Source of the DNA: Pseudohongiellaceae bacterium
GTDB lineage: Bacteria > Pseudomonadota > Gammaproteobacteria > Pseudomonadales > Pseudohongiellaceae
NCBI GenBank assembly: GCA_047627195.1
Contig: JBLHTH010000001.1
Span: forward strand, 3,232 to 67,231
Direction: 5' to 3'
DNA: 64,000 bases
Part shown: positions 1 to 12,032 of the stretch, in pieces
Layout of the letters: every line of letters begins with the position of its first letter
Position numbering within the stretch: position 1 is the stretch's first letter
Notes under the pieces: model-generated
Databases searched by the model: none
Told to the model about the DNA's origin: nothing
Seen by the model: the letters and a program-made list of their open reading frames with translations, nothing else
Made by a program: the position numbers and the translations under genes

Positions 1-1
1 T

Positions 2-988
2 CAGGCCAATATGGCGATAGAGGCCATGGGACTGCAGGGCAGCGGCGACTGGCATGAGGGCATTATCAGTCTATTTGCTGGGCATAACCCGGCTAGTCTT
101 TGGGATAATGTCGTTTATGGCGCTTCCCACTATATCCCTATTTACGCAGTTGTATTTGTGGTCGGTGGGTTTTGGGAGGTTCTTTTTGCCACCAAGCGCG
201 GTCACGAAATTAACGAAGGCTTCTTCGTAACATCCATCCTTTTTACGCTTATTGTACCGCCAGATTTGCCTTTATGGCAGGCAGCACTGGGAATTACGTT
301 CGGAATCGTTGTGGGCAAAGAGGTGTTTGGGGGCACGGGTAAAAACTTTCTTAATCCTGCGCTCACCGGTCGTGCTTTTTTATACTTTGCCTATGCGCCT
401 CAGCTTTCTGGCGATGCGGTATGGACCGCCGTCGATGGCTACAGCGGAGCGACAGCGTTAGGTCAAATTGCGGCTGAAGGCTTGCCTGCCATGGCAGCCA
501 ATACCGGGCTTGAACTGACCTGGTTAAATGCGTTTTTAGGCCAGATGCAGGGCTCGATTGGGGAAACCTCCACAATTGCAATACTGCTAGGCGGTTGCCT
601 TTTGTTGTTTACCAAGATTGCGTCTTGGCGAGTCATGTTATCTGTGTTCTTAGGTATGGTTGCTACCGCGACGTTATTTAACGTTATCGGGTCAGATACA
701 AATCCTGCATTTGCAACCCCTTGGTACTGGCATTTTGTCCTCGGCGGATTCGCTTTTGGTATGGTGTTTATGGCGACAGACCCAGTTTCTTCATCCATGA
801 CGAACACTGGTAAGTATATTTTTGGGGCGCTAATTGGTTTTATGACTGTGCTGATTAGAGTGATAAATCCCGCCTATCCTGAAGGTGTGATGCTTGCCAT
901 ATTGTTTGCTAATCTTTTTGCACCAACTATTGACTACTACGTGGTTAAGGCCAACGTAAGTAGGAGGAGAGCTCGCGGTGTCCTCTAA
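2..988 (+). CDS. nqrB: Na+-translocating NADH:quinone oxidoreductase subunit B (5' end cut by window edge)
   Basis: The frame is open from the window edge. The product is a polytopic membrane protein with the FMN-attachment motif [10 protein letters not shown]. nqrC-F follow in canonical order. Confidence 0.93.
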   Translation, partial: QANMAIEAMGLQGSGDWHEGIISLFAGHNPASLWDNVVYGASHYIPIYAVVFVVGGFWEVLFATKRGHEINEGFFVTSILFTLIVPPDLPLWQAALGITFGIVVGKEVFGGTGKNFLNPALTGRAFLYFAYAPQLSGDAVWTAVDGYSGATALGQIAAEGLPAMAANTGLELTWLNAFLGQMQGSIGETSTIAILLGGCLLLFTKIASWRVMLSVFLGMVATATLFNVIGSDTNPAFATPWYWHFVLGGFAFGMVFMATDPVSSSMTNTGKYIFGALIGFMTVLIRVINPAYPEGVMLAILFANLFAPTIDYYVVKANVSRRRARGVL

Positions 989-1808
989 AGACTCTATTAA
1001 AAGTACCTTAATTGTCGCCTTTTGTTTGTGCGTGGTGTGTTCCATTATTGTGTCAGGAACAGCCGTTGTGCTGAAACCGCGTCAAGATGCCAATCGCATA
1101 TTGGATAGAAACAAAAACATACTAGCGGCTGCCGGGCTCTATGATTCCGCGGTAAATTCCGACAGTGACGTGGATTCGTTATTTGCAAAATTTACAACTC
1201 GAATAGTTGATATAAATAGCGGAGAGCTAGTTAGTGAAGCCGGTCTTGAGGAGCTAGGCTTGGATGCTAGCAGTTACGATCAGCGCTTGGTGATGAATGA
1301 CCCTGAGTTCTCTGAAGCTATTAGTCCTGAAAATGATAAAGCTAATGTAAAAAGACGCGCGCTTTATCAAACCATCTACCTCGTTGAAGATGATTCTGGT
1401 CTGGAAACCATCGTTTTGCCAATCTCTGGCTATGGTCTATGGGGAATCCTTTATGGCTATCTTGCACTCGAAGGTGATGCGAATACGGTCAAGGGTCTTG
1501 CGTACTACGAATTAAAAGAAACGCCGGGGTTGGGCGCTGAAGTACGAAATCCGAGTTGGACAGACCTTTGGCCAGGCAAGAAAGTTTATGCTGACGACGG
1601 CTCAGTAGGGCTTGGAGTGGTGAAGGGGGCAGGAACTGGCGACTACCAAATAGATGGCCTGTCAGGAGCCACCCTGACCAGTCGCGGGGTTGACGACATG
1701 ATTAAGTATTGGCTGGGTGAAGATGGTTTTGGGCCTGTCCTTAAGTCCGTGATTCGGCCTGACGATGTTGAGTTCCTCGCCTTGGCTGATAGTGGCTATG
1801 AGCTGTAG
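978..1808 (+). CDS. nqrC: Na+-NQR subunit C
   Basis: GTG start overlaps the nqrB end and is preceded by AGGAGGAG. There is one N-terminal TM helix and the FMN-attachment motif [12 protein letters not shown]. Confidence 0.92.
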   Translation: MSSKDSIKSTLIVAFCLCVVCSIIVSGTAVVLKPRQDANRILDRNKNILAAAGLYDSAVNSDSDVDSLFAKFTTRIVDINSGELVSEAGLEELGLDASSYDQRLVMNDPEFSEAISPENDKANVKRRALYQTIYLVEDDSGLETIVLPISGYGLWGILYGYLALEGDANTVKGLAYYELKETPGLGAEVRNPSWTDLWPGKKVYADDGSVGLGVVKGAGTGDYQIDGLSGATLTSRGVDDMIKYWLGEDGFGPVLKSVIRPDDVEFLALADSGYEL

Positions 1809-1934
1809 TTAAAAGAAGGCAGCAGAAAGAGAATAGGTAAAAGAAATAATTAGGACAGATAGCTAGAATAACCAAATTTTTTTTAACCGTGCCACTTTGT
1901 TGGCTCGAGCGACAGGAAATACTAGGAAAAGTAA

Positions 1935-2597
1935 ATGATAACGGCTAAAGAAGTAATCTTAACTCCTTTATTTGAGAACAACCCAATTGCGCTGCAAATA
2001 CTAGGCGTATGTTCAGCTCTTGCAGTGACAACGCAGCTAAGTGTGACGCTGGTTATGTGTGTCGCACTAACTTCTGTCACAGCATTCTCAAATTTATTTA
2101 TATCAATGATTCGAAACCACATGCCGTCTAGTATTCGTATTATTATACAGATGACTATTATTGCCTCACTGGTTATTGCAGTTGATCAGTTCCTGCAGGC
2201 TTATGCTTATGAAATAAGCAAAAACCTAAGCGTATTTGTTGGTCTTATTATTACCAACTGTATTGTTATGGGCAGGGCGGAAGCCTTTGCCATGAAAAAC
2301 CCACCAGGCATCAGTTTTCTAGACGGTATCGGCAATGGACTGGGTTATAGCTTAGTGCTAATTGCTGTTGCCGTTGTTCGAGAATTCTTTGGCTCAGGGA
2401 GTTTGCTCGGATTTGAAATTCTTCCCCTAGTTGGTAACGGGGGCTGGTACCAAGGCAACGGCCTTATGCTTCTATCTCCTAGCGCATTTTTTATTATCGG
2501 GTTTCTAATCTGGGGCCTGCGCAGCGCGAAAGCTGAGCAAGTTGAAGACAAAGAGTTCCGAATGGCGCCGCATCATCAGGAAGAGGGTGCATTCTGA
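1935..2597 (+). CDS. nqrD: Na+-NQR subunit D
   Basis: Near-colinear with my recollection of Vibrio NqrD ([43 protein letters not shown]). Confidence 0.95.
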   Translation: MITAKEVILTPLFENNPIALQILGVCSALAVTTQLSVTLVMCVALTSVTAFSNLFISMIRNHMPSSIRIIIQMTIIASLVIAVDQFLQAYAYEISKNLSVFVGLIITNCIVMGRAEAFAMKNPPGISFLDGIGNGLGYSLVLIAVAVVREFFGSGSLLGFEILPLVGNGGWYQGNGLMLLSPSAFFIIGFLIWGLRSAKAEQVEDKEFRMAPHHQEEGAF

Positions 2598-3205
2598 TGG
2601 AGCAGTTAATTAGTCTTTTTGTTAAAGCGGTTTTTATCGAGAATATGGCGTTGCAGATGTTTTTAGGCATGTGCACATTCTTGGCCGTTTCTAAGAAGGT
2701 TGAGACGGCAATTGGTCTAGGTGTTGCTGTGGTAGTGGTGCAGGCCATTACGGTGCCGGTCAATAATCTTATCTTTAATGGTTTACTTCGCGAGGGAGCG
2801 TTGTCCTGGATAGGATTGCCTGAGGTGTCTTTAGACTTTTTGGGTTTCCTTTGTTACATCGGCGTTATCGCAGCAATGGTTCAGATTCTAGAAATGTTTT
2901 TGGATAAATTTGTCCCTGCTTTATATAACGCTCTGGGGGTGTTTCTGCCCCTTATTACCGTTAACTGCGCCATTTTAGGCAGCTCATTACTTATGGTTGA
3001 GCGAGATTATTCTTTTCCAGAAAGCGTGGCCTTTGGTCTTGGTTCGGGTTTTGGTTGGGCGCTGGCTATTGTTGCTTTAGCCGGGATAAGAGAAAAATTG
3101 AAGTACAGCGATGTCCCTGATGGGCTCGAAGGTTTAGGTATTACTTTTATAACCGTAGGCCTGATGTCTTTAGGTTTCATGTCACTGGCCGGCGTGTCTT
3201 TGTAG
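2597..3205 (+). CDS. nqrE: Na+-NQR subunit E
   Basis: ATGA overlap with nqrD. The product is an NqrE/RnfA-type membrane protein ([24 protein letters not shown]). Confidence 0.95.
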   Translation: MEQLISLFVKAVFIENMALQMFLGMCTFLAVSKKVETAIGLGVAVVVVQAITVPVNNLIFNGLLREGALSWIGLPEVSLDFLGFLCYIGVIAAMVQILEMFLDKFVPALYNALGVFLPLITVNCAILGSSLLMVERDYSFPESVAFGLGSGFGWALAIVALAGIREKLKYSDVPDGLEGLGITFITVGLMSLGFMSLAGVSL

Positions 3206-3230
3206 TAGGTTGAAATAGCAGGTTGAAATT

Positions 3231-4460
3231 ATGATCGATTTTACGGCCATTATTGGTGGCGTTGCTTTATTTACAGTAGTCGTTATGTTGCTGGTGGGTA
3301 TTATTTTAGCTGCTCGATCCTTCTTGGTGAGCAGCGGCGACGTATCGATAGAAATCAACGGCGACCCGGACAAAAAAATTGTGGTTCCCTCTGGTGGTAA
3401 ATTACTAAATACCTTGGCCGATGCTGGGATCTTTTTGTCTTCAGCCTGCGGTGGCGGCGGAACATGCGCTCAGTGTAAATGTCAAATTCTCGATGGCGGC
3501 GGATCTATGCTGGCCACCGAAGAAGGACATTTCACGCGGGGAGAGGCTCGCAGCAACTGGCGCTTATCTTGCCAAGTTGCGGTTAAGCAAGATATGAAAA
3601 TTGAAGTTGCGCCTGAATTTTTCGGCGTAAAGCAGTGGGAATGCACTGTGATTTCCAATGACAATGTGGCCACGTTTATTAAAGAACTGGTGCTTGCTAT
3701 TCCAGATGGCGAGAGTGTTAATTTTCGCGCTGGTGGGTATGTGCAGTTAGAAGTTCCTCCACACGAAGTCCGCTACAAAGATTTCGACATAGGCGAAAAA
3801 TATCGCGGTGATTGGGAGCATTTCGGTCTGTTCGACGTTGTGTCAACGGTACCAGAAACAACTATCAGAGCCTACTCTATGGCTAATTACCCTGATGAAA
3901 AAGGGGTTATTAAGTTCAATATTAGAATTGCTACACCACCGCCTAGAACTGATTTGCCAGCGGGCAAAATGTCTTCGTACATTTTTGGCCTAAAGCCCGG
4001 TGACAAAGTAAAAGTGTTTGGTCCTTACGGTGAGTTTTTTGCGAAAGAAACTAAAAACGAAATGGTATTTATCGGTGGTGGTGCTGGTATGGCTCCGATG
4101 CGTTCACACGTGTTCGATCAGCTTCGCAGAATTCACAGTGACCGTAAGATTAGCTTTTGGTACGGCGCGAGAAGCATGCGTGAAATGTTTTACGAAGAGG
4201 ACTATAACGAGCTGGAGAAGGAAAACGACAATTTCGACTGGCATATAGCGCTCTCAGATCCTCAGCCTGAAGATAACTGGAATGGCATGACAGGCTTTAT
4301 CCACAACGTGGTTCTGGAAAATTATTTAAAGGATCATCCTGCTCCTGAAGACTGTGAATATTATATGTGTGGACCACCGATGATGAATGCGGCGGTGGTC
4401 AAGATGTTAAAAGACCTTGGCGTGGAGGACGAAAACATCGCGCTTGATGAGTTTTCATGA
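3231..4460 (+). CDS. nqrF: Na+-NQR subunit F (2Fe-2S ferredoxin / FAD / NADH domain)
   Basis: N-terminal TM helix, the 2Fe-2S motif [12 protein letters not shown], the FAD motif RAYSMANYP and the NAD motif [10 protein letters not shown]. Confidence 0.95.
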   Translation: MIDFTAIIGGVALFTVVVMLLVGIILAARSFLVSSGDVSIEINGDPDKKIVVPSGGKLLNTLADAGIFLSSACGGGGTCAQCKCQILDGGGSMLATEEGHFTRGEARSNWRLSCQVAVKQDMKIEVAPEFFGVKQWECTVISNDNVATFIKELVLAIPDGESVNFRAGGYVQLEVPPHEVRYKDFDIGEKYRGDWEHFGLFDVVSTVPETTIRAYSMANYPDEKGVIKFNIRIATPPPRTDLPAGKMSSYIFGLKPGDKVKVFGPYGEFFAKETKNEMVFIGGGAGMAPMRSHVFDQLRRIHSDRKISFWYGARSMREMFYEEDYNELEKENDNFDWHIALSDPQPEDNWNGMTGFIHNVVLENYLKDHPAPEDCEYYMCGPPMMNAAVVKMLKDLGVEDENIALDEFS

Positions 4461-5506
4461 TCGCTGGGCCTCGCAGAGTCTCTTTCGCTGCCGCGTTTCT
4501 GGCAGCTCTGCTAGGCCTTGTATATTTTTGGGGTTCACCGTCCCCGGCAACAATCAGTCAGCTTTCCGGTCTAACCATGGGGACCAGCTATCGAATTCAG
4601 CTAGTTGATTTGCCTACCGGGAAAAGTGAACAGCAGATTAGCGGGGACGTTAGTGCGCTGCTTGCAGAAATGGATAAAGGTATTTTCTCTACCTACGCAG
4701 ACTCCTCCGAACTTTCTCGGCTAAACCGCCATCCCATAAATACTCCTTTTGCAGCATCCTCCCATTTGACTGAGGTGCTATCGTTAGCTATGGAAATTTC
4801 CGAATTAACTGGTGGCGCTTTTGATGTGACAATCGGGCCGTTAGTCAATCTTTGGGGTTTTGGGCCAGAAATAAGTCCAAAAGACGCGGTTCCGACCGAT
4901 TTTGACATAGCCGCCGGACGCGAGCAGGTAGGGTTCGAAAATATCGTTATTGACCCAGATACAGGGGAGATTACTAAGCTGCGTAGTTTGTTTGTAGATT
5001 TAAGCGCAGTCGCCAAAGGCTACGGTGTAGATCAGTTGGCAAGTTATTTTGATGACCAGGGTGTAGAAAGTTATTTTTTAGAGATTGGTGGCGAACTCAA
5101 AATAAAAGGCCTCAAACCTGGCGGTTTAAGCTGGGTGCCGGCGATAGAAGCGCCTGTGGATAGTACGTCGCAGGTGTATCAAGTTTTTTTTAGTCGCGGT
5201 GAGACCATCGCCGTTGCAGGATCCGGTGACTATAGAAACTACTTTGAGCTTGATGGTGTTCGTTATTCCCATGAGATTGACCCGCGCACCGGCTATCCTA
5301 TTCGTCATTCTCTGGCGGCGGCGTACGTCATAGATGAGTCCGCAGCGACAGCGGATGCATTGGCTACAGCGTTCATGGTAATGGGGTTTGAAGAGTCGCG
5401 GGCATTGGCAAGCACAATGGGCCAAGCGGTTTATTTTATTTACAAGAGTGACGATGGCTTTCGTGACTACGCAAGCGTTGAGTTTGCGACTTATATGGAG
5501 GATTAA
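4457..5506 (+). CDS. apbE: FAD:protein FMN transferase (flavinylates NqrB/NqrC)
   Basis: ATGA overlap with nqrF. ApbE-family motifs are present ([27 protein letters not shown]). The position after nqrF is typical. Confidence 0.9.
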   Translation: MIAGPRRVSFAAAFLAALLGLVYFWGSPSPATISQLSGLTMGTSYRIQLVDLPTGKSEQQISGDVSALLAEMDKGIFSTYADSSELSRLNRHPINTPFAASSHLTEVLSLAMEISELTGGAFDVTIGPLVNLWGFGPEISPKDAVPTDFDIAAGREQVGFENIVIDPDTGEITKLRSLFVDLSAVAKGYGVDQLASYFDDQGVESYFLEIGGELKIKGLKPGGLSWVPAIEAPVDSTSQVYQVFFSRGETIAVAGSGDYRNYFELDGVRYSHEIDPRTGYPIRHSLAAAYVIDESAATADALATAFMVMGFEESRALASTMGQAVYFIYKSDDGFRDYASVEFATYMED

Positions 5507-5509
5507 GCG

Positions 5510-5698
5510 ATGGCAGTATTTCTGATAAGTTTTTTGTTGATAGTTACAGTTGTTCTAATCATGTCCGTCGGCGTGATCATGGGCCGGAAACCGGTGCAGG
5601 GCTCCTGCGGAGGGTTAAACAATCTTAGCGGTATGGACGAATGTGAGCTTTGCGGTGGCAGCGTTTCTAAATGTGAAGAGCTAAGCGTGAAGGCGTAA
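5510..5698 (+). CDS. nqrM: (Na+)-NQR maturation protein NqrM (DUF539)
   Basis: 62 aa with one TM helix, followed by the Cys motif GSCGG...C..CGG....C. It lies immediately after apbE. Confidence 0.8.
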   Translation: MAVFLISFLLIVTVVLIMSVGVIMGRKPVQGSCGGLNNLSGMDECELCGGSVSKCEELSVKA

Positions 5699-5764
5699 GC
5701 TGACATATCGAACTTACAAGATTTAAACCAACAAGAATATTTCTCTAACTAATTCTAGGATTTA

Positions 5765-7156
5765 GTGGCGATGGAAAAAGATCATTTTGACCTCATTGTT
5801 ATAGGCAGTGGCCCTGCTGGGGAAGCAGCTGCAATGAATGCGCGCAAGAAGGGTCGGACCGTTGCGGTTATTACAGATTACCCTAAAGTAGGCGGCGCTT
5901 GCACCCACTGGGCAACGATACCTTCTAAGGCGCTGCGTCACTCAGTTAAGCAGATCATGGCTTTTAATACGAATCCTATGTTTCGTGATTTTGGCGACAC
6001 TCGAAAACTCAGTTTCCAGCAAATAATGACTCATGCAGATCGTGTTGTTTATGAGCAGGTCCGGATGCGCTCAGATTTTTACGAGCGTAATGCAATACCC
6101 ATCTTCACTGGTAAAGCCAGTTTTATTGATCAGCATACGATTAGATTACAGGGTAAAAGAAAAAAACTGTCAGCGGATAATTTCATAATTTCTACAGGCT
6201 CTAGGCCCTATAGACCGCCAGTGGTAGATTTTGATCATCCACGGATGTTTGATAGTGACACCATACTTACCCTTGATCATTCTCCAAGAAAAGTCACTGT
6301 CATAGGGGCAGGTGTCATAGGTTGTGAGTATGCATCGATTTTTGGTGGCCTCGGAGCAAAAGTCGAGCTAATCAACCCGTCGTCTTCACTACTTAATTTT
6401 TTGGACACAGAAATTAGTGATGCTCTTAGCTATCATTTGCGCAATGTAGGCGTAAGGAGTCGGCACGGGGAAGAGTTCTCGGAAATTGAATACTTTGATG
6501 ACCATATAGTTACCTACTTACAATCGGGTAAAAAAATAAAAAGTGATATTGTCCTGTGGGCAAACGGGCGAGCTGGCAATACCGAAGAGCTGGGTCTGAA
6601 AGGCTTAGGCATAGAAACCAACAGTCGAGGCCAAATACAGGTAAATGATTTCTATCAAACCAAGGTTGAGAATATCTATGCCGCTGGAGACGTTATTGGC
6701 TGGCCATCATTAGCAGGCGCTGCTTATGACCAAGGACGAGCAGCCTGTAATGCTATTTTTGCGCCGGACCAATGCCACCCAGTAAAACAGGTAGCAACAG
6801 GTATTTATACAATTCCTGAGATTAGTACTTTCGGTAAAACGGAGGCGGAACTGACAGAGGCTAAAATACCTTATGAGGTAGGAAAGGCGTTCTTTAAGAA
6901 CACCGCGCGAGCTCAGATTACGGGAGAGCAGGTGGGCATGCTAAAGCTTATCTTTCACTTTGAGACGCTGGAGATCCTTGGGATTCACTGTTTCGGTGAC
7001 CAAGCCTCAGAAATTGTTCACATCGGCCAAGCAATTATGCTCCAGCCGGGAGCTGCAAACACAATGAGGTACTTTCTAACGACTACTTTCAATTATCCTA
7101 CTATGGCTGAGGCTTATCGAACTGCAGCACTAGACGGATTGAACCGGGTTTTTTAG
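5765..7156 (+). CDS. sthA: Soluble pyridine nucleotide transhydrogenase
   Basis: Contains [15 protein letters not shown] and [17 protein letters not shown], colinear with my recollection of E. coli SthA. The start is either GTG 5765 or ATG 5771. Confidence 0.9.
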   Translation: MAMEKDHFDLIVIGSGPAGEAAAMNARKKGRTVAVITDYPKVGGACTHWATIPSKALRHSVKQIMAFNTNPMFRDFGDTRKLSFQQIMTHADRVVYEQVRMRSDFYERNAIPIFTGKASFIDQHTIRLQGKRKKLSADNFIISTGSRPYRPPVVDFDHPRMFDSDTILTLDHSPRKVTVIGAGVIGCEYASIFGGLGAKVELINPSSSLLNFLDTEISDALSYHLRNVGVRSRHGEEFSEIEYFDDHIVTYLQSGKKIKSDIVLWANGRAGNTEELGLKGLGIETNSRGQIQVNDFYQTKVENIYAAGDVIGWPSLAGAAYDQGRAACNAIFAPDQCHPVKQVATGIYTIPEISTFGKTEAELTEAKIPYEVGKAFFKNTARAQITGEQVGMLKLIFHFETLEILGIHCFGDQASEIVHIGQAIMLQPGAANTMRYFLTTTFNYPTMAEAYRTAALDGLNRVF

Positions 7157-7326
7157 TTCTCTACTGCATCATTTTAAAAGATCATTTAACTATTTGGGAC
7201 ACACGCGCTTGTCATTATTGAGGCTTGCCAAAGATCAAAATCGAGGTTAGTTTTAAGCGTGTGTAACCGGTTATCCTAAAAGAGCCACTTATGGTCAACT
7301 ACAGCCGGGTTGTAGAGGAGAGAAAA

Positions 7327-7788
7327 ATGATAAAAACGGCCAAAGACATTCTCAAAGAAAAAGGCGGTCATTTAGTAACAGTCACATCTGATGCCACAAT
7401 CCATCAAGCTCTTACTGTAATGACTCAAAACAAAGTTGGTGCCATTGTCATTGTCGATGACGAAAAAATTGTCGGCATCTGGACTGAGCGAGATCTTATG
7501 TTTAGAGCTCTCGAAGACGGCTTTAATCCTAAAACCGCCAAACTTAGCGCCAATATGAGCGACAATTTGGTTTCTGCAAATGTCGATGAGCAAACCTTCC
7601 AGTTATATGACAAATTTCTCGGTCGCCGGATTCGTCATCTGTTAATCGAAGAAGACGGAGAGTACATAGGCTTGCTATCGGTTGGTGACGTAATGAAAGC
7701 TAACCTTCAGCAAAAAACAGAAGAGTTTGCTGAGCTTAACCAAATGGTCAGTTTGGAGTATTACGAAAACTGGAAAGGGGCTCAGTGA
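7327..7788 (+). CDS. CBS-pair domain protein
   Basis: Two CBS repeats are visible (VGAIVIVDDEKIVGIWTERDL and IRHLLIEEDGEYIGLLSVGDV). I place the start at ATG 7327, which is preceded by GAGGAGAG. The ORF track's upstream ATG 7291 is also possible. Confidence 0.75.
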   Translation: MIKTAKDILKEKGGHLVTVTSDATIHQALTVMTQNKVGAIVIVDDEKIVGIWTERDLMFRALEDGFNPKTAKLSANMSDNLVSANVDEQTFQLYDKFLGRRIRHLLIEEDGEYIGLLSVGDVMKANLQQKTEEFAELNQMVSLEYYENWKGAQ

Positions 7789-8180
7789 GATTAGTCGGCC
7801 CTGCATGCTTGGGCGCAGTAGTAAAGCTCTAGTTTTGCTGCTACAAACTGCTTGCCATTCCCAATCTATCCATGTAACTATCAAGCCTCTATAGAAGAAC
7901 ACCTTTGGTGTTAATATCTAGACAGTTGTAAGATCAGAATAAATAAAAGTTGGTACAGAATTTTGTACCTGATTAAAGAGCCGCCGTCTCTAATCTGATG
8001 AACAATTTGCATCTTGCAGTAAAATTCAACCACTGCAAAAATTGACAGTTTAAAGGGCTCCCAGTGCAGAGTGATTATGCTTCATGGGTAGTGTCAGAAA
8101 ACTTCGCTTAATTCTCCAAATTCCATTGGCTAAAAAGCCGATGTTTCTAGTGCGACGTCGTTTTAGATTAGACCTCCCGT

Positions 8181-8193
8181 TCTCTCTCTCTCT
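8181..8193. repeat. (TC)6 dinucleotide repeat in the nuo upstream region
   Basis: Direct reading gives tctctctctctct. Confidence 0.9.
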
Positions 8194-8508
8194 GAAAAGC
8201 TTTCGATCCGATCAAACTTTAGCACTAACTCAAGGTCTTTCATTAGGTCGGTTGTGCTCTGTTTTACATTCTTTACGCTGTTTAGCAAAGGGTGAGTATT
8301 AGGGTTTAAAAGGCAGCATCACAACGACTACACGACGAGAATAAGACGAGTTAGGCCAGATTTTAGAAATTTTGATAAATGCGAACAGAATTAGTTATGG
8401 CTTGCTGTTTGCTAAATTTCTTGAAGATGGTTTTTCTACATTCACTGAACTTTGTCAGCTGTATAAGCTATGTCAGCCATGTGAAGGTTTGAAAATGGAG
8501 TTGAGGAC

Positions 8509-8958
8509 TTGGAAGTAACAAGCGAACTATTGAACGATCTACGACCATTTTTGTTTTACGTGGCTTTAGTATTAGCCGTTGTAGCAACAATGTTGGGTCT
8601 GTCTTACTTCTTAGGGCAAAGAATCTCTCGGCCCTACAAAAACACACCATTTGAGTCGGGGATCGTTTCCGTTGGCAGCGCTCAATTTAAGATATCTGTG
8701 CACTTCTACCTGTCGGCCATTCTCTTCATAATTTTTGACCTCGAGGTCGTATTCCTTTTTGCATGGGCGGTAGCCGTTGAACAGGCTGGCTGGCCCGGTT
8801 TCATTGAGATTACTGTTTTTATTGGGATTCTACTCGCTGCGCTGTTTTATCTTTGGCGAATTGGCGCGCTCGACTGGCGTACGCAAACTCAAAAACGAGA
8901 ACTTAAGACAATGGTTGGCCCTGGTGGGGTTACCAATAGAAAGGAATTTACGCTATGA
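8509..8958 (+). CDS. nuoA: NADH-quinone oxidoreductase subunit A
   Basis: Three-TM NuoA/ND3-like protein ([17 protein letters not shown]). TTG is the only in-frame start ahead of the first TM helix. The gene overlaps nuoB. Confidence 0.85.
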   Translation: MEVTSELLNDLRPFLFYVALVLAVVATMLGLSYFLGQRISRPYKNTPFESGIVSVGSAQFKISVHFYLSAILFIIFDLEVVFLFAWAVAVEQAGWPGFIEITVFIGILLAALFYLWRIGALDWRTQTQKRELKTMVGPGGVTNRKEFTL

Positions 8959-9596
8959 CTTGGGAGTTGCAACCGGCCGATGAGGCATCATCAGTAAAGC
9001 CCGGGGGAAGTTCTTATGATGAGTTTATTCGCCGCAATGTAATGATGGTCAATCTTGAAGATATGATCGCTTGGGGTAGGAAAAATTCGATATGGCCATT
9101 TAATTTTGGCCTTTCATGCTGCTACGTAGAGATGGCTACAGCCTTTACGTCTCGTCATGATTTAGCGCGTTTTGGCGCTGAAGTAATTCGGGGAACTCCT
9201 CGCCAAGCCGACATGATCGTTATTGCTGGAACGGTATTTCGTAAAATGGCTCCTGTGGTTAAGCTACTCCACGAGCAGTTACTTGAACCTAAGTGGGTTA
9301 TTTCCATGGGTTCCTGTGCTAACTCCGGTGGAATGTATGACATTTACTCCGTGGTGCAAGGTGTGGACAAGTTTTTGCCAGTCGATGTCTATGTATCAGG
9401 CTGTCCACCGCGCCCAGAAGCTTTGTTAGAAGGGCTTATTTTATTGCAGGATAGTATCGGCCGCGAGAGAAGGCCGTTAAGTTGGATGATAAATGATCAG
9501 GGAATTATTGAGAAGGAGCCCAGGCCGGTCCAGCGCAAGGTCAAGCATAGCGATCGCATCAGTGCGACTGAGTTGCGATCTCCAGATGACGTCTGA
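8955..9596 (+). CDS. nuoB: NADH-quinone oxidoreductase subunit B
   Basis: N2-cluster motifs [17 protein letters not shown] and GCPPRPE are present. Confidence 0.96.
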   Translation: MTWELQPADEASSVKPGGSSYDEFIRRNVMMVNLEDMIAWGRKNSIWPFNFGLSCCYVEMATAFTSRHDLARFGAEVIRGTPRQADMIVIAGTVFRKMAPVVKLLHEQLLEPKWVISMGSCANSGGMYDIYSVVQGVDKFLPVDVYVSGCPPRPEALLEGLILLQDSIGRERRPLSWMINDQGIIEKEPRPVQRKVKHSDRISATELRSPDDV

Positions 9597-9658
9597 TTGG
9601 TTTTAAATGGTCAAAATATAAGCTTTATTAAAAATCAAATTAAAATAAGAAGCTAGAA

Positions 9659-11437
9659 ATGCCAGAAGCCAGCACTAACTCTACAGACAACTCTCAAAGC
9701 GAAAATTTGCTTAGTCAAATTCGTCGTGATTTTTCTGGGAAAATTCTGGCGGAGCAAACAACTTGCGATGGAATTCCAACCGTTTGGGTGGCGCGCGATA
9801 ATATCAAGTCCCTTCTCAACGCCTTGCATGAAGATACAAGCCCACGCTTTGAAATGTTGTTCGATCTGACGGCTATAGATGAGCGCCTAAGGTCTAACCG
9901 GCAAGGACAGCCAGCAAGTGAGTTTACCGTCGTTTATCACTTAATGTCATTCAGTGGCAACTGTGACGTGCGCATTAAAGTTCCACTTCAAGACAATGAT
10001 TTAGTTCTTCCTACTATTATCGATATTTGGCCCAATGCTAACTGGTATGAACGCGAAACCTGGGACATGTTCGGAATTCGATTTGAGGGCCACCCAAATT
10101 TAATCAGGTTGATTTTGCCGCCAACGTGGAAAGGTCATGCGCTGCGTAAAGAACATCCCGCCCGTGCGACTGAAATGGAGCCTTTTTCTCTCGATGACGA
10201 GGCACTAACTTTTGAGCAGGAGGCGCTAAAGTTTAAGCCAGAAGAATGGGGGATGAAGCGAAAATCGGATAATTCTGAATTTATGTTTCTAAATCTAGGC
10301 CCTAATCACCCTAGTGTTCACGGTGCGTTTCGAATTGCTTTACAGTTAGACGGTGAAATTCTAGTCGATGCGGTGCCGGATATTGGCTATCACCATCGCG
10401 GCGCTGAGAAGATGGGCGAAAGACAATCTTGGCATACTTTTATTCCTTATACAGATCGCATTGATTACCTGGGCGGGGTGATGAACAACCTGCCTTATGT
10501 TATGGCAGTTGAGAAAATGGCGGGTATCGTTGTACCGCCTAGAGTGGAAGTTATACGAGTCATGTTGTCAGAGATGTTTCGTATCTGCAGCCATCTCTTG
10601 TTTTATGGAACATTTGCTCAAGATGTAGGGCAGCTATCTCCAATTTTCTATATGTTCGTAGAGCGCGAGCGGATATTTAATATTATTGAGTCGATTTGCG
10701 GTGCTCGTATGCATCCAGGCTGGTTTCGAATTGGAGGTGTCGCTCAAGATCTTCCAAATGGCTGGGAAAAGAAAATATATGAGCTTTTAGAATTCATGCC
10801 TGACCGTCTAAAAGAGTACGACAGTATGGTGATGAATAATGGCATTGTAAAACGTCGAACCCAAGGTGTCGGTATGTATAACACCGAAGAGGCTTTTAAC
10901 TGGGGAGTTACAGGAGCAGGGCTTCGGGCGACAGGTTTTGAGTGGGATTTTCGTAAGCAAAGGCCCTACAGCGGCTATGAAAACTTTGAGTTTGATATAC
11001 CTATCGCGGTGAATGGAGATGCCTATGACCGATGTGCAGTGCGCGTAGAAGAAATGCGTCAAAGTTTGCGAATTATTAAACAGTGCGCTGACAACATGCC
11101 GTCTGGCCAGTATAAATCTGACCATCCTTTAACGACCCCGCCACGTAAAGAAAATAGCCTGCAAGATATCGAAACTCTCATCAATCATTTCTTAAGTGTG
11201 AGTTGGGGGCCAGTCATTCCTCCAAATGAAGTAACGGTTGCGATTGAGGCGACAAAGGGAATCAACAGTTATTATTTAGTGAGCGACGGAAGTACGAATT
11301 CTTATCGAACCCGAATAAGAACCCCTTCATTTGCACATCTGCAAATGATTCCAGAAATAAGCAGGGGATTTATGGTGGCTGACTTAATCGCCATTATAGC
11401 GAGCATTGATTTTGTTATGGCGGATGTCGATCGATGA
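9659..11437 (+). CDS. nuoC: NADH-quinone oxidoreductase fused subunit C/D
   Basis: 592 aa. The 30-kDa-like N-terminal half (WYERE.WDMFG) is fused to a 49-kDa-like half ([15 protein letters not shown], terminal RIRTPSFAH...DVDR). Confidence 0.96.
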   Translation: MPEASTNSTDNSQSENLLSQIRRDFSGKILAEQTTCDGIPTVWVARDNIKSLLNALHEDTSPRFEMLFDLTAIDERLRSNRQGQPASEFTVVYHLMSFSGNCDVRIKVPLQDNDLVLPTIIDIWPNANWYERETWDMFGIRFEGHPNLIRLILPPTWKGHALRKEHPARATEMEPFSLDDEALTFEQEALKFKPEEWGMKRKSDNSEFMFLNLGPNHPSVHGAFRIALQLDGEILVDAVPDIGYHHRGAEKMGERQSWHTFIPYTDRIDYLGGVMNNLPYVMAVEKMAGIVVPPRVEVIRVMLSEMFRICSHLLFYGTFAQDVGQLSPIFYMFVERERIFNIIESICGARMHPGWFRIGGVAQDLPNGWEKKIYELLEFMPDRLKEYDSMVMNNGIVKRRTQGVGMYNTEEAFNWGVTGAGLRATGFEWDFRKQRPYSGYENFEFDIPIAVNGDAYDRCAVRVEEMRQSLRIIKQCADNMPSGQYKSDHPLTTPPRKENSLQDIETLINHFLSVSWGPVIPPNEVTVAIEATKGINSYYLVSDGSTNSYRTRIRTPSFAHLQMIPEISRGFMVADLIAIIASIDFVMADVDR

Positions 11438-11970
11438 GTGTGCAAATGTCTTCAAGCTCTTCAGTGATTGCAAGTACTTCAACTCGGGCTCGCAAGCTAA
11501 CCCCTGCTGAGATTTCAGAGATAGAGCACGAGATGACCCTATATCCAGACAAGCAAGCGGTTGGTTTAGAGGCCCTCAAAATAGTTCAGAAACATCAAGG
11601 TTGGGTGTCCGACGAAAGTCTGCTGGCGATAGCTAAGTATCTAGATTTACCAGCCAGTGATTTGGAAGGTGTAGCCACTTTTTTTAATTTGGTTTTTCGC
11701 CAACCCGTCGGTCGCAATGTGATTCTTTTTTGTAACAGCGTGTCTTGCTGGATTATGGGTTGTGATGATCTAAGACAGCACATTAAGGACACTTTAGGTA
11801 TTGGATTTGGCCAAACTAGCGCTGATGGGGAGTTCACACTTATCCCTGTTCCCTGTCTTGGTGATTGCGATAAGGCGCCGGTAATGATGGTAGGTGAAAA
11901 AATGCAGCGCAATCTTACCCGAGACACAATAGACGAGGTAGTTGCTCAGGTTAGAGCTCAATCAAAATAG
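11434..11970 (+). CDS. nuoE: NADH-quinone oxidoreductase subunit E
   Basis: ATGA overlap with nuoCD. The 2Fe-2S cysteines are present (CNSVSC...CLGDCDKAP). Confidence 0.94.
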   Translation: MSVQMSSSSSVIASTSTRARKLTPAEISEIEHEMTLYPDKQAVGLEALKIVQKHQGWVSDESLLAIAKYLDLPASDLEGVATFFNLVFRQPVGRNVILFCNSVSCWIMGCDDLRQHIKDTLGIGFGQTSADGEFTLIPVPCLGDCDKAPVMMVGEKMQRNLTRDTIDEVVAQVRAQSK

Positions 11971-12032
11971 TTTGTTGAACTAGCAGATCAATTTAAAAAA
12001 TTAATGCCAGAAAAGTCGATTAAGGATGCACA

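Noticed and set aside
8084-8302. 72-aa plus-strand ORF in the nuo leader.
   Set aside because: It is Arg/Leu/Ser-rich and includes the (TC)n tract. It has no ribosome-binding site and does not look like a protein. It is most likely non-coding leader.
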